Notes under the pieces: generated by a model
Databases searched by the model: none
What the model was told of the DNA's origin: nothing
What the model saw: only the letters and a program-made list of their open reading frames with translations
Shown here: piece by piece, positions 1-21,300 of the stretch
How positions within the stretch are numbered: the first letter of the stretch is position 1
Layout of the letters: each line of letters starts with the position of its first letter
Translations under genes and position numbers: made by a program
Source of the DNA: Tubiluchus corallicola
Lineage: Eukaryota; Animalia; Priapulida
Reading direction: 5' to 3'
DNA length: 64,000 nt
Assembly (NCBI GenBank): GCA_030141605.1
Contig: JAQGDQ010000022.1
Span: forward strand, 1 to 64,000

Positions 1-471
1 TGGAATCTGGCTTGCTGAGTGCCACAAACCTGTAGATTACTTCTAGCAGTTTAGTCAATAAAGCAAATCTAAATTTTGGTAATGCAATGTAGTTGACATG
101 GGCTGGTCTTAATTATAATTGAGAGACTGGGTTGTCTGTTAGTTAGGCAATTCTAAGGTAAAAACAGGTTTCTGGCTCAAACTGGGGCTGATATTGGGAT
201 TTAGTATTTTTCAATTTTTAATTTCTAGCATGTTTGGAATCTGGCTTGCTGCGTGCCACAAACCTGTAGATTACTTCTAGCAGTTTAGTCAATGAAGCAA
301 ATCTAAATTTTGGTAATGCAATGTAGTTGACATGGGCTGGTCTTAATTATAATTGAGAGACTGGGTTGTCTGTTAGTTAGGCAATTCTAAGGTAAAAACA
401 GGTTTCTGGCTCAAACTGGGGCTGATATTGGGATTTAGTATTTTTCAATTTTTAATTTCTAGCATGTTTGG
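1..471. repeat. Tandem duplication with a 234-bp unit (2 near-identical copies; may continue upstream of the window)
   Basis: The sequence starting TGGAATCTGGCTTGCTG at 1 recurs at 235, and the two units differ at only about 2 positions. It lies in a PPEF intron. Confidence 0.92.
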
Positions 472-719
472 TTCAATCAGAAAGTGTATAACTTTATACC
501 TGTGAAAGACATGCTCGACAGAGTTACTTTATTAGTTTTAATTTATGGTAAAATGCCTATTTTGTTTACACCCACGCCATTATGTTTGTAAGAAGCTATC
601 TTGGGTTTTTAGATTCAATGTACGGGGATCCTAGGACTGACTTTCTAGAATCACGCATACCCTTCCTCGCTGTCAACCAGGAGAAATACCTATTTAGCCA
701 TGAGTCCCGACGCTAACCA

Positions 720-900
720 TTCATGGCATTTACCAGACATATCATGTACCCGAGCAAGAATAGCCGCAACCAGATTGCGTCTTGGAGCTCATGTATTTCC
801 GAATCGAGACAGGACGCTGGGCAAGAATCCCCCGTTGCCAACGTCTATGCATTTGTGGTCTTGTGTAAGACGAAGAACACATCCTGTGCCATTGTAGTTA
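720..900 (+). mobile_element. Decayed non-LTR retrotransposon (RTE-X/L2-like) ORF2 C-terminal fragment
   Basis: Joining frames across one frameshift gives RIAATRLRLGAH/FRIETGRWARIPRCQRLCICGLV*DEEHILCHC. This is the IETGR plus CCHC zinc-knuckle tail of LINE ORF2 proteins, here with a stop and a frameshift. Confidence 0.7.
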
Positions 901-1211
901 CACTAGTGATCTAAGTACTGATGAAGAAACGGAATTTAGTTTATTAGATGCCTTTATGGACTCGATTCTACGCCAAGTGCTTGCCTCTGTTTGCTATATT
1001 GTCGTTCTAGGGCAGAATAGGCACTAAGTTTTGTCATATTTTTACAGTTACAGTGATTTTAGTGTGTGTTTTGTCTATTTATTAATTTTGTTTTACTGTA
1101 ATGTTAAACAACGTGTTTTTTCTCCACATCAGATGGATGTTGTGATTCAACTAGCATTATGTCTCACTCCGTGTAACACGATAATCTTTATCAATAAACT
1201 ACATCTTGCAG

Positions 1212-11126
<9,915 letters not shown>

Positions 11127-11164
11127 AGGTCACGATACGGTGCCTCGTGGTGCAGATAGCAAAC

Positions 11165-11170
11165 AATAAA
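11165..11170 (+). promoter_or_regulatory. Candidate polyadenylation signal of PPEF
   Basis: AATAAA 39 nt after the stop codon. Confidence 0.45.
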
Positions 11171-11537
11171 ATTTGAGAAAAATTAAATTGAATACTTAGG
11201 AAAAGAATATAACATCTGAAAGCAATACTATGTGCAACTACCAAACAGTTCTAAATGAAAAGTTTACTTGTAATTGTGTACATGTTGAAGTACTGAAGCA
11301 TTTCATTATATCAAAGAAACATTTTCTATCCTTATTTATTGATGTAATGATTGACATCACATCACTGTCATTGTTATTCGCAGATGTAGGCCCAGTTTAT
11401 TTTGTAGACTTTGTTTGCCCTATTTTGGAGATTACACATGTGTGCACTGTCACACATCTGGTTGTGGCAATGGTGACGGTCAGATGGATGATCGGTTGAT
11501 GGTTTCCTATACAGTAGACCATTGATAGATCAAGTGA

Positions 11538-11702
11538 TCAGTAACAGTCACAGGAAAAAGAGTCATTGAAAAAAGTCACACATTTTTTGTTTAATATCTT
11601 ATGGTTACGGTTAGGATTACGGTTATTTCTGTTTTCCTGTGACTTTTTTCTTGACTTTTTTACCTGCAGTTTTTTTGCCTGTAACTTTTTTACCTGGACT
11701 CC
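11538..11702. mobile_element. Short repeat element with inverted ~15-bp subrepeats around a GGTTA(C/G) core
   Basis: AGTCACAGGAAAA (11546) is inverted relative to TTTTCCTGTGACT (11632-11644) and further degenerate copies. The centre is GGTTACGGTTAGGATTACGGTT. Confidence 0.5.
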
Positions 11703-12162
11703 ATAGTCATATATGGTGCACATATAGATATAGTGCGATATCTTGCCATATTTGATGTAACGAATCCGTAAAATTCCTTTCTCTGGTAAAGCTTTGCTTT
11801 TTCATCGTGAAGCATTACCGTCTATATCGTCAGCATTATAAACAGAAAACTTTTTAATTGTGCCGTTCGTTCCTTGACTTTCTGCTTGCATAATGTAACA
11901 GACAACCAAACTAATCAGGTAGTGTAAATCTCTTTGTACTGAGCGATTATAAAAATACCACAATAAAAGATAGTGTCTGTTTCCTCTACTTTAATATTCA
12001 GATTATCGGTACACTTTCACGTTAGGCACATTTAGCGCAAATAGGATTTCTCTTTAAACAGCAAAAAATTTATTTGGATGTTTTGATCTTAGTGAAAAAT
12101 AGTATGTACACGTGTATACATGTGGTGCTTTAATTTTATGAGTGAAACACAAAACATGCTTA

Positions 12163-12652
12163 CCGTATATACTTGTGTACTAGTCGAATTTTTGGGACGC
12201 GATTTTAAGGTGAAATTTTTGGGGTCGACTTATACTTACGATATGTTTTTGGGAGATGTCGCTAAAGAGTCGTCTACAGTACGAATATGTAAAGAAATAA
12301 TCCTTCATTATACGCTGGATTGAATAAATACTCATACTGTGATACTTCACATCAGAGAGTGTTCACATCTTGACATTACTTCATGCTGCATTCTCATGGA
12401 TTGCATTGAGGGCCCTCAACATGAATACATCGGGTATGTATAATATACTCGACCCAGGCACTTGCACGTATCTTACACACTAACACAGTAGGCTATTGAT
12501 TTATTACTCAGCCATTGTTGACATCATTTACTCTGGAAGATCTTAATATTTTATGGTCGACTTGTACACAGGTAATATATAAAATGCAATTTTTGGTCTT
12601 AAAATGCACATCGACTTGTACATAAGGTCGACTTGTACACACGTATATACGG
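12163..12652. mobile_element. Tc1/mariner (Tc2/pogo-like) MITE with CCGTA termini and TA target site
   Basis: TIR CCGTATATACTTGTGTACTAGTCGA versus right-end reverse complement CCGTATATACGTGTGTACAAGTCGA. TA flanks. Subterminal GTCGACTTGTAC repeats. Confidence 0.88.
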
Positions 12653-13234
12653 TAATAATCAACCAAAGCCTATTGAAAAGAACTGAGTATTTACCTAAAT
12701 CTACCTGATGTTACACATTTACACTTTACACTTTTTGTATCTGCCTACTTGTTTTCTTATGTCAATAAAACATAGAACTTAATTGTGTAAATAATCATGA
12801 TATGTACAATATAATGACTATAATAATAGATTACACATTTTAGGTTACAGTTGTGAATAATTTTTGAATAAATAAAAATTGTATTTATTGTACTGGAGAT
12901 TTATTCCGTCCACTCCCATCAATACCCACAAACGTTTTTTACCTAAATGTGTACATATAAGAGTAACTGATGCATCATGTATATAATAAAGTAGAAGTAT
13001 TCAATGTAAATTTGTTTATATAAGTTATATAATTGCAGAGCTACTACCATATTTTACCCAAAGTATTTTGTTATTAGTTACTTATGTAAGGAAGTCTCGA
13101 AATTAATATTGATGTACAATAAGCATTATTGTTAAAATAATCTTCATCGTCTGATTTTAGTATCTTCATCATTGTCATCGCATTGACTTCTCGATCAACA
13201 TAATAATCATTGTTGCTATTATTAATGCTGGTTG

Positions 13235-14860
13235 CATGGTAAAAATGGTACAGGAAAAAATGGTACAAAGGGAAAGTGGGTAAAATGGCACAGGAAAAAA
13301 TAGTACGATAAAAACGACACAGAAAAAAAATGGCTCAAGTGGAAATTTTAATTATAAAATTTAATTTATAAAATTAAGTATAAAAAGTGTAAATGTAAAA
13401 ATGGCTGAGATAAAAATGGTACAGTAAAAATGGCACCAATGGAAAAGCAGGAATAAATGGCGCATATGATTTTTTATGCAATTATAACTTCTATAAGGAA
13501 ATTACAATGTGCTCAGTAGGAAGCAGATCTTTGTCAAAGCTGAACAATCCTAAAACTTATACGTCTGTTTCTTTTGATTAAAAAAGCGTAAACCAAAGAT
13601 ATAAACAAGCAAACATACAAAAAATGTACCTGTATTGGTATCATATAGACTAGCAAAATCCTCGCAAAACATTTTGTTTATTAAATAGAATTACAATCAA
13701 TAATTCACCAATATTCTACGTAATTATTAATTAGATTATGACTATGAATGCCAGAATACATTCCACATAGTGTAAAATATAATTAATTAGATTATGCCTG
13801 TGAATAGCAGAATATATTTCACAAAGAGTTTATCTGCTTTAAGTTAACCACTAAATTTGACAATGGCAAGAGATTGACATATGTACTTATTGTTTACATA
13901 CCAAGCAGCACACGATATTACCACTATATGGTCACGATCTTGAAAAAAATATGTTCAGAAAATATTGTCACCATGTTGGTACAATATTGGATATTTTTGC
14001 CAATACCTAGTACAACATTCGACCAATATTTTCGTCCAATATTGGAAACACGTGGTTTACACATATTCATAAAAAATATTGATACAACGTTGTGGCTAGT
14101 CCATATTTTCATATTGTCCCAATATTTGCAAAAATATTGTCACAACATTGTCGTGCTGCCTGGGTACGGTTACAGACGGTAATAAGCAACGGTTACAGAC
14201 AGCGCAATACATGCACAGTTTTCCAAACGGAATTTCTCAAAACAGAACCTGGAACAAACCCGTGGTTACTTGTCCTTGTCGAGTTAATAAAAAAGAAGTA
14301 CTAAACATTGCTTCTAGTTGATACTTCCACGAAGTGCTTCATGAATGTTTTTGTACGTGGTGTTCGGTCAAGTTATGCGAGAAAAAATCGGGCGAAAAAA
14401 ATGCCCCTTTGGTAACCTATACCCGCCTTCTCCACAAAGTTTCGTGGAAATCTGATTGGTAGTTTATGTACAATATAATCTTATTGCTGTAATAGACAAA
14501 TCAACCAAGAAGACAGATAAGCAAACTGAACCATTACTTTCTTGACAGTGGTAAAAATAACTAAAATAGTTATCCCCATAGTAACCTTAAACTCATATTT
14601 TTGCCCAAGTCTGTCCGCTTTTCCTGTACCATTTTTTGCCGTGCCATTTTTTCCTGTGCCATTTTAGCGTGCCAGTTCCCATTTTTTCAGTACAAATGGA
14701 AAAAAATGGCACAAAAGAAACGTAGGGAAAATGGCACATCTGTTACTTTGATGCAAATATTTCCATAATAAAACTATAATACGCTCAGGAGGATGCAGAC
14801 TTCTGAATCAAGGTAAAAAAATCCTAAACGTGTTCGTTTGATTCTTTTGATTAGACAAAC
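13235..14860. mobile_element. Composite of nested non-autonomous elements with AAAAATGGYACAGG subrepeat arrays
   Basis: An array of ~15-bp AAAAATGG(T/C)AC repeats at 13238-13465 is inverted at 14619-14690. A second diverged copy of the left portion lies at about 14695-14860 (13500-13580 resembles 14775-14855). Confidence 0.55.
13901..14164. mobile_element. EnSpm/CACTA-like (CCCAG-ended) palindromic MITE nested in the composite
   Basis: The ends taCCAAGCAGCAC and GTGCTGCCTGGGta are imperfect TIRs with TA flanks. The interior is built of CAATATT/AATATTG subrepeats. Confidence 0.55.
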
Positions 14861-16419
14861 AATTTGCAGATATTTACGGTTTATTTAAGCTAACAATGTT
14901 CACGATTTAAAGTAAGAATGACGTGACCTGTGTTATGCAACCAGGTCTTATCTTTAACTGGCCTTTCTTCTCAAATTAATATTAGACAAAAAGCAGCAAT
15001 CCGCTGGAGCCAAAGTCTTACGGCAAAACGAAAGAAATCGGTAGCACACAGCAGTTTATTTTTATAAGAATGACACACCTGCATGAAGTTTTTATTGGAA
15101 TATGCATGATGCGGCTGCAATGATTGCATGTACATGTCTTTCGGAACCTGTCACTGATCGACGCTAAGAAAAGAAAGGAGGACGTAACATGACATCGTTT
15201 TTCACCTTTAATCCTTGCACCTTAAGTAGCAAAAATTATTCATGTAATAGTCATATCGAACCTGTGAAATGCCAGTGACCACAACTGAGCGAACATCATG
15301 ATACAGAGAAAGTTTGGTACTTCGAAAATAACCTACTCGAAAAATTGTAGAGGTTCATATTGTTGTACTAGTTTTAATTTGATTAATTGTTCGTTTGTCT
15401 GCTGTTCGTTATGTAATTCAGTGTCGAACATTCAATGTTTTTTGTTCGCTCGAGAATAAAGCGATCTTCAGCGAAAGTTTAGTTAGTAATAATGTTGTAA
15501 AACCATAAGAAACATTTAGTAACATCATGCGTTTTCTACGTTTTCATTGCAGTGGTTGTGTTAATACCTATCAAAATAAGAGAAATTAATGATAACGTAT
15601 GTAAAAGCATAATGCATGATTCTTGTTTTTGGAACGAGGAAAAAACTTGCAGTTGTAAACAGATTACTGTCATTATCAAAAGCGTTATTTGGTATCAGGC
15701 AAGAACCTTTGCTAAAGGATTAACATCTAGATTCACAGCTTGCAGCTATTCCTCCTGTTTATTTAGCAATGTCCAGTCCGCATCTGATTGGTCGGCTAAT
15801 CAAGTATGACGTGAACGGGGCTACTGTAACCCTTTGTTGTTTGAATGACCAACGCAAAGAAAGTGTTATATATAGCCATTGCTTGCTGGGTCAGTGGTCA
15901 ACACATTTGAGTAACATCGATGTAAGGGGAAGGATGGTCTGTCTGCACTGCTAACATTTGTGTAAGTATTGAAAAGTATTTTTCAGCGTTTAAAAATGCA
16001 TGGTAGTTTTTAGCAAGTTTTTGTTGTCATTTTTAATTTCCATATGTTTAGTAGGAAGTTGTGTATTTGGCAATTTCGTATACATTATGTTAATTCATTA
16101 TGTACTCATTACAATTACATTTATTATATAATATTTTATATTATTACATATATTATATTAATAATAGTGTACGTTTTAAAATTCTGCTAATTCATTTGGT
16201 GGCGGTTTTTTTCAGACGTGATACACGTGTAGCCAGTCAGTCACACCCAACTGCCGCCTGCTTTTACATTTCTATTAAAAATGTCTGTTGCTAATTCCCT
16301 TTCCCGTCTCTGGAGTAGCTCTAATCACTCTTCTCTTGTTCTTCCCCTTTTGTTCCTTCTCCTAATTAATCGTACTGCCCAAGCCACTCTATTTTTCCTC
16401 AACCGGTTTACCAACGGCA

Positions 16420-17263
16420 GTGTGAAAGGCCAAAGACGCTGCAGTCAATCATGACGCCAAATATAACTCTTTACAACAGTCCACTGGTCAATACGATTTC
16501 CCAGGGGTGACAAACGGTCAACACAAGAGGATGGACTCTGCCCAGCGGGAACTAACCCGTCCAGTAATGTTTTAGCAGCGTTCAGATTACAGTTGTGGAG
16601 TAGGTTTTTCTGGTGCGTGAAGAAGTTACCTCTGTCGGTGGGTGCGTTTCTGGTCCTGTTGATTTATTTCATGACTAGATCCACACTCATCCACAGTGGA
16701 ACTCATCGCCACCGCTGCTGACACTAAAAGGAAGGGAACAGTTGGAGCTCCACAGAGCAGTTTAATTGGGTGGATGGTGCCCGGTCGGTGTATGGCATTA
16801 CTTCATCACCGGGTGCACATTCATCCAATGTCGACTGTCAGCATCTACGGATACGCAAACCAAGTGGATACGGAAACGGTTGCCGTCGATCTAGAGACTC
16901 GGGTGCATGGTGCTCAGGTGGTGGTGGTTTGATTACATCACCGGGTACACATTCATCCAAGTTTCGCGCTCTGTTTCATCCTGAATTTACTTGATCTTCA
17001 GTGCTTAATGATACATGGTGTGGTGTAACATCTTTTCTGCGTGTAACCCAAACAATTAAAATTTACATGCATCAACACGTTGTTACGTCTGTCATTTCAT
17101 ATTATTCGTTATTATTAGTGTTGTTATTCGTGAGTTGCGGACAAATTTTGTGGTTCTGTTTTGTTTGTTGGGCGCCGGGCAATCCACTAGCCGAAGTAGG
17201 ACAATTACCTGGGCTGCCCAAGTAGAATCGAGTCGTTAAGCGTACTGGCACTATCCGTCGCCC
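16420..17263 (-). mobile_element. GC-richer decayed coding-like segment, possible 5' part of a retroelement
   Basis: The minus frame with in-frame TGA stops reads LDECVPGDV...QPFPYPLGLRIRRC*..LDECAPGDE, with an internal duplication (about 16803-16827 and 16936-16960). A 94-nt GC-rich self-complementary block sits at its 5' end. Confidence 0.3.
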
Positions 17264-18342
17264 TTGTTTATGTAATAATAATTCAAAGAATTTTATTCTG
17301 AGCTATTAAAATTAATTTGCGAGTACAATAGGTACTTCGTTTAATAACAATGATGATACTGTTGTAAAAAATACATTTGTAAATCAAGGACATCTTATTA
17401 TACAGTAATAATTACTAAAACTTTTTTTCTAAAACTGGATTCTCGACACTGATTTTCTGCACATGCGTTATATAATTTAGTAAAAACTCACTGATGGCGC
17501 AGACCAGTAAAAAGCGACCCGGAACATTTAATTTTCATTAATCCGCGGGAAGGCAGTAGTAAAATACAAATTAGTCAATGCAGATTAGTCAATAACATTA
17601 AGTCAATTTCAGCTTAAATTAAATTATGTTCTTGATTGACTTTTTTGCAAAAAATAAATTAAAAAAAAAATTTATGCATTCATTCATAGCAATAATATGA
17701 GCTTCGTAATTTTTTGATTCATCATTTTTTTGGCATAACTATTGTTCAAATTTGGGATTTTGGGTAATTTTCATCATGAGGTTTTGGTCGTTGTTTCAGT
17801 AGTTTCAAAATGATACACAGAAATAATTTATTTAGAAACTCACTTTTTTGAAATTTAAATTAGTAAATAACACCATGACCAACATATCTGATGGCTGACA
17901 GATTTACGCAAAAGTACTGCACAAATTTTGCAAAACACACCTAAATTTATTTTCACAACAACAATGACTACAACAAAACTATCACTCGAATAAACTTTCC
18001 GAAATGTTCCATTTTTACAAAAAGATATTTACAATCTATACACAGATTATTCATCGACCAAAAATGATGCATCGTCTATCACATTTTCTTTTGAGGACCC
18101 ATGCACCTCAATTGTGTGCCATGATTTACGGAGATCACATATGTAAGCAATACTACACCTGTTACACAGCATACTTGTAATTTTAGGCCACACGGCCTAC
18201 AACCGCTGATAGCTTTTATTGCCGGATGCTAGGTTTTGTACCTTGGCTGCAGAAAGTCTAATTATGTTACTTTTGCATGGGCACGTTAAAAAGTAACAGC
18301 CGTTGTTGATACACCAACAAACACTATTAATGTTCAAGAAAT

Positions 18343-21300
18343 TTACTCCCGGGGTCGTTTCTTTCTGCGTGCACCATTGTGGACTATGGTGTCCTCTGCT
18401 GTTGAATTGACAGGCACCAAGAAAATGCTACCTGACATCGTCTGCTGCAAAGAATATCGAGCAGGGTCATACGGGTTGCCACTAGGATCACGCAAAGACT
18501 CAAACACTCGTTTATAGAGGGAACCAAATTTGTTCTTGACCATCTCGACTTTCAATGACATTTCGGAATTCTCCTGTAAAATAAATCAATCGACATAATG
18601 CACAGCACGTTCTCGACATTGTTAGTCAACAAAACCTTTGTAAGAATTTTCATTAGATTCTACAATGCCAAGTACAGAGATGAATGAATATTTTTTGTTT
18701 TACTTTGAAATGGAAGGACATTTATGTATGCATTTTAGGTCCAAAATGCATTTATCTGTCAACGCAATTAAGCCAATTAGCTTTTTTGCAGATAAAAAGT
18801 GACACAAATCAATTTTAAAATTATAAAAGTGTCAACCACGTGCTGTACATTTACACCTACTCCGCCAAATAAAAGAATCTTTATAACTGCGCTTTTGTTC
18901 AACAAGGTATGTATGCACACGGCAACCACCCTAAAAATTTCCTTTAGAATTTAGAAACTTTCTATTTTTCTTCTCTGATTTTATCCAAATCTCGATAATG
19001 TCTAGCATACAAACTTGTAAAATTTCTCTATAAACTTGTACATTTTATATGGTTGTACACTTCATACAAGAAGTCCTATACAGTTCTAATTTTCACATTT
19101 TATCAGAAATGCGTGTAATTACGCTTTCCCATTCTACATGGCACACTAAACTCAAATTACTTGTTTTTAGATATTTTAAGCAGAAAAAGAATTCATTTAA
19201 CAAAATCAGCCATGCTTTGCATTTGCTGAAGTGACTAGACTTTTTATAATCAAGTGCAGGTAGTTAATTAATGGTTTAATGTAGTCACCTGTTTGCTGCT
19301 GTTATTTACACATACTATTTTTTTTAATAAAAATTTTTGAAGCGTCGCATTTAAGTGAATTGCAACGCTTCCTAATCAACTGCAGAAATCACACAGGATT
19401 ATGAAAAAATATATCAATACCTTTAACAGATCGGCCTTGATCTTCTCCAGGTGAGACACTTCACCTTCTAAATTGACAATGGTTCCCAGTTTCCTCTTGC
19501 GACAATTCTGTGCAGCCATCTTATTCTTACCACGTCGCCGAATATCTCTGATCAGCGTCAGTTGTGCATCATTCAATTCAGTGTGATCTTGCAGTAATTT
19601 GGTGAAAGCTTCAATCGGTAAATTGATAATCTTCTCTACAGAAAATGGAATGTTCATTTCGCGAGCCCGACGGTGATCACGAGAAAGCTGCCGCTGTTCA
19701 CCGGGACTGTATTTCTTGTCTCTTGCAATGACTTTAGATCGACCCACATCTCGAGGTTTTTCAGCACGACCCTACTCAAAGAAAATAAAATAAAGCCTTA
19801 TATGACCAAATTCAATTAAGTGAACATGTGGCTTGAAAACTGAACTGAACCAAAAAATTAACAAACATGCAAACTGTACCAATTATCCCCAGAGGTATGA
19901 TCACATGCATACCACCTACTTGTTTTAGGTGTTAAGCGAAAAATCACATGTAGTGTGGATTTCTATTAACATACATGGCAGTAAGCAATGCATTTACACA
20001 AATTAATTCTCGTGTTCTGTTTACTAACAGAACACTTGTGAAATCTTATCATTTATCACTACATAGATTTAAATGTAGTTGATAACAAGTATGGTCGGGT
20101 GCCACGCCGATAATTTACATTGTTGTAGCAAGCAAGATTTTCTTTTGCAGCCTACTTTTTATCGCACTGATATCACAAAACTAAATTAATGTTTTCACCT
20201 CGTACGTGTGGTTGTGAGCTACTCCTTGTTGCAGCCTTTCCACACCAAATGGACCTATTGCACCTACTATCTGATGATCATCCAGCAAATTGTAATGACT
20301 CTCGTGATACCTCCATATATTACTAGACTCGCCTCCAGTAGCGCCCTCTGTACCGTCACTGTCATTGAAATTACCAGCACTGTAGCCATCATCTGATGTG
20401 TTGCTACCACCACCATTACTACCCTGGAAACAGAAAGAAGCAGAAGGAATAACCATCAATTCAATGGATAGTTGGACAACAGGTTGTGGGAAAAATGACA
20501 TGGCAAGGGCATTCACAAATACTGAAGCACAAAAGTATAACAAACCAAATAATAAAATAGATAAGATACTGATTTCCCAGCAGTCTGAACTAAGCTTAAT
20601 GTGATTTATTGTTAAGACAAACAGGTGACAATTCACATTACCAACATGCTTTTCAAACCACTGCACATACGATGAATTTTATTATGAATTAGCATTTATT
20701 AGTTGCATTACTTATTGTTATGAGTGCTTTTTGCAAGGATTACATAATTTCTTCATAAATACAGTGGTTTGAAAATGCATTTAGATAATGCAAAACATTG
20801 CCTGCTTATCATAACAATAAAATTAGTACTGATGCCACAACTTATTAGTGATCTTTATGTGATTGGCCAGGAACATTTAAAACAAAGTAGTGCTAAATTC
20901 AGTAAAAACAAATGTACAGCCAATACAAGCAAACTGGTATGTGTACTTTGATTCAATAAGTCGGAAGGCTTTAATCTAGATGTTTGTAAAAGCTTAAGCT
21001 ATTACATGACCACTGTTTCTCACTCTTGCATAAAAATTAGTTGAGCAGCATAAAATATGTTCAGTGTGACATACAAGAGCAAACATTACTGCACACAAAA
21101 GTAACAGAGAAATTGTGAAGAGAATATAAGTAATTTTTTGTTCAATTTTAATAGAATTAATAATACGATTAAAAACTTATGCAATACGAAAATCTGTATA
21201 AAAAATGGAAATTACCACTCCTGGAGATGTACTATATGAAGAACCACCAAAGCTTGACAAAGCAGAGTCACTGCCCCTATCAAGAGATCCACTGCTTATT

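Noticed and set aside
918-931. CTGATGA-A-GAAAC resembling a hammerhead ribozyme core
   Set aside because: There is no stem II, and no stems I/III could be paired.
15690-15955. Complex-looking intergenic segment with CCAAT, TGACGT and Sox-like motifs and short ORFs
   Set aside because: No recognisable protein or splice structure; short motifs alone cannot establish an enhancer.
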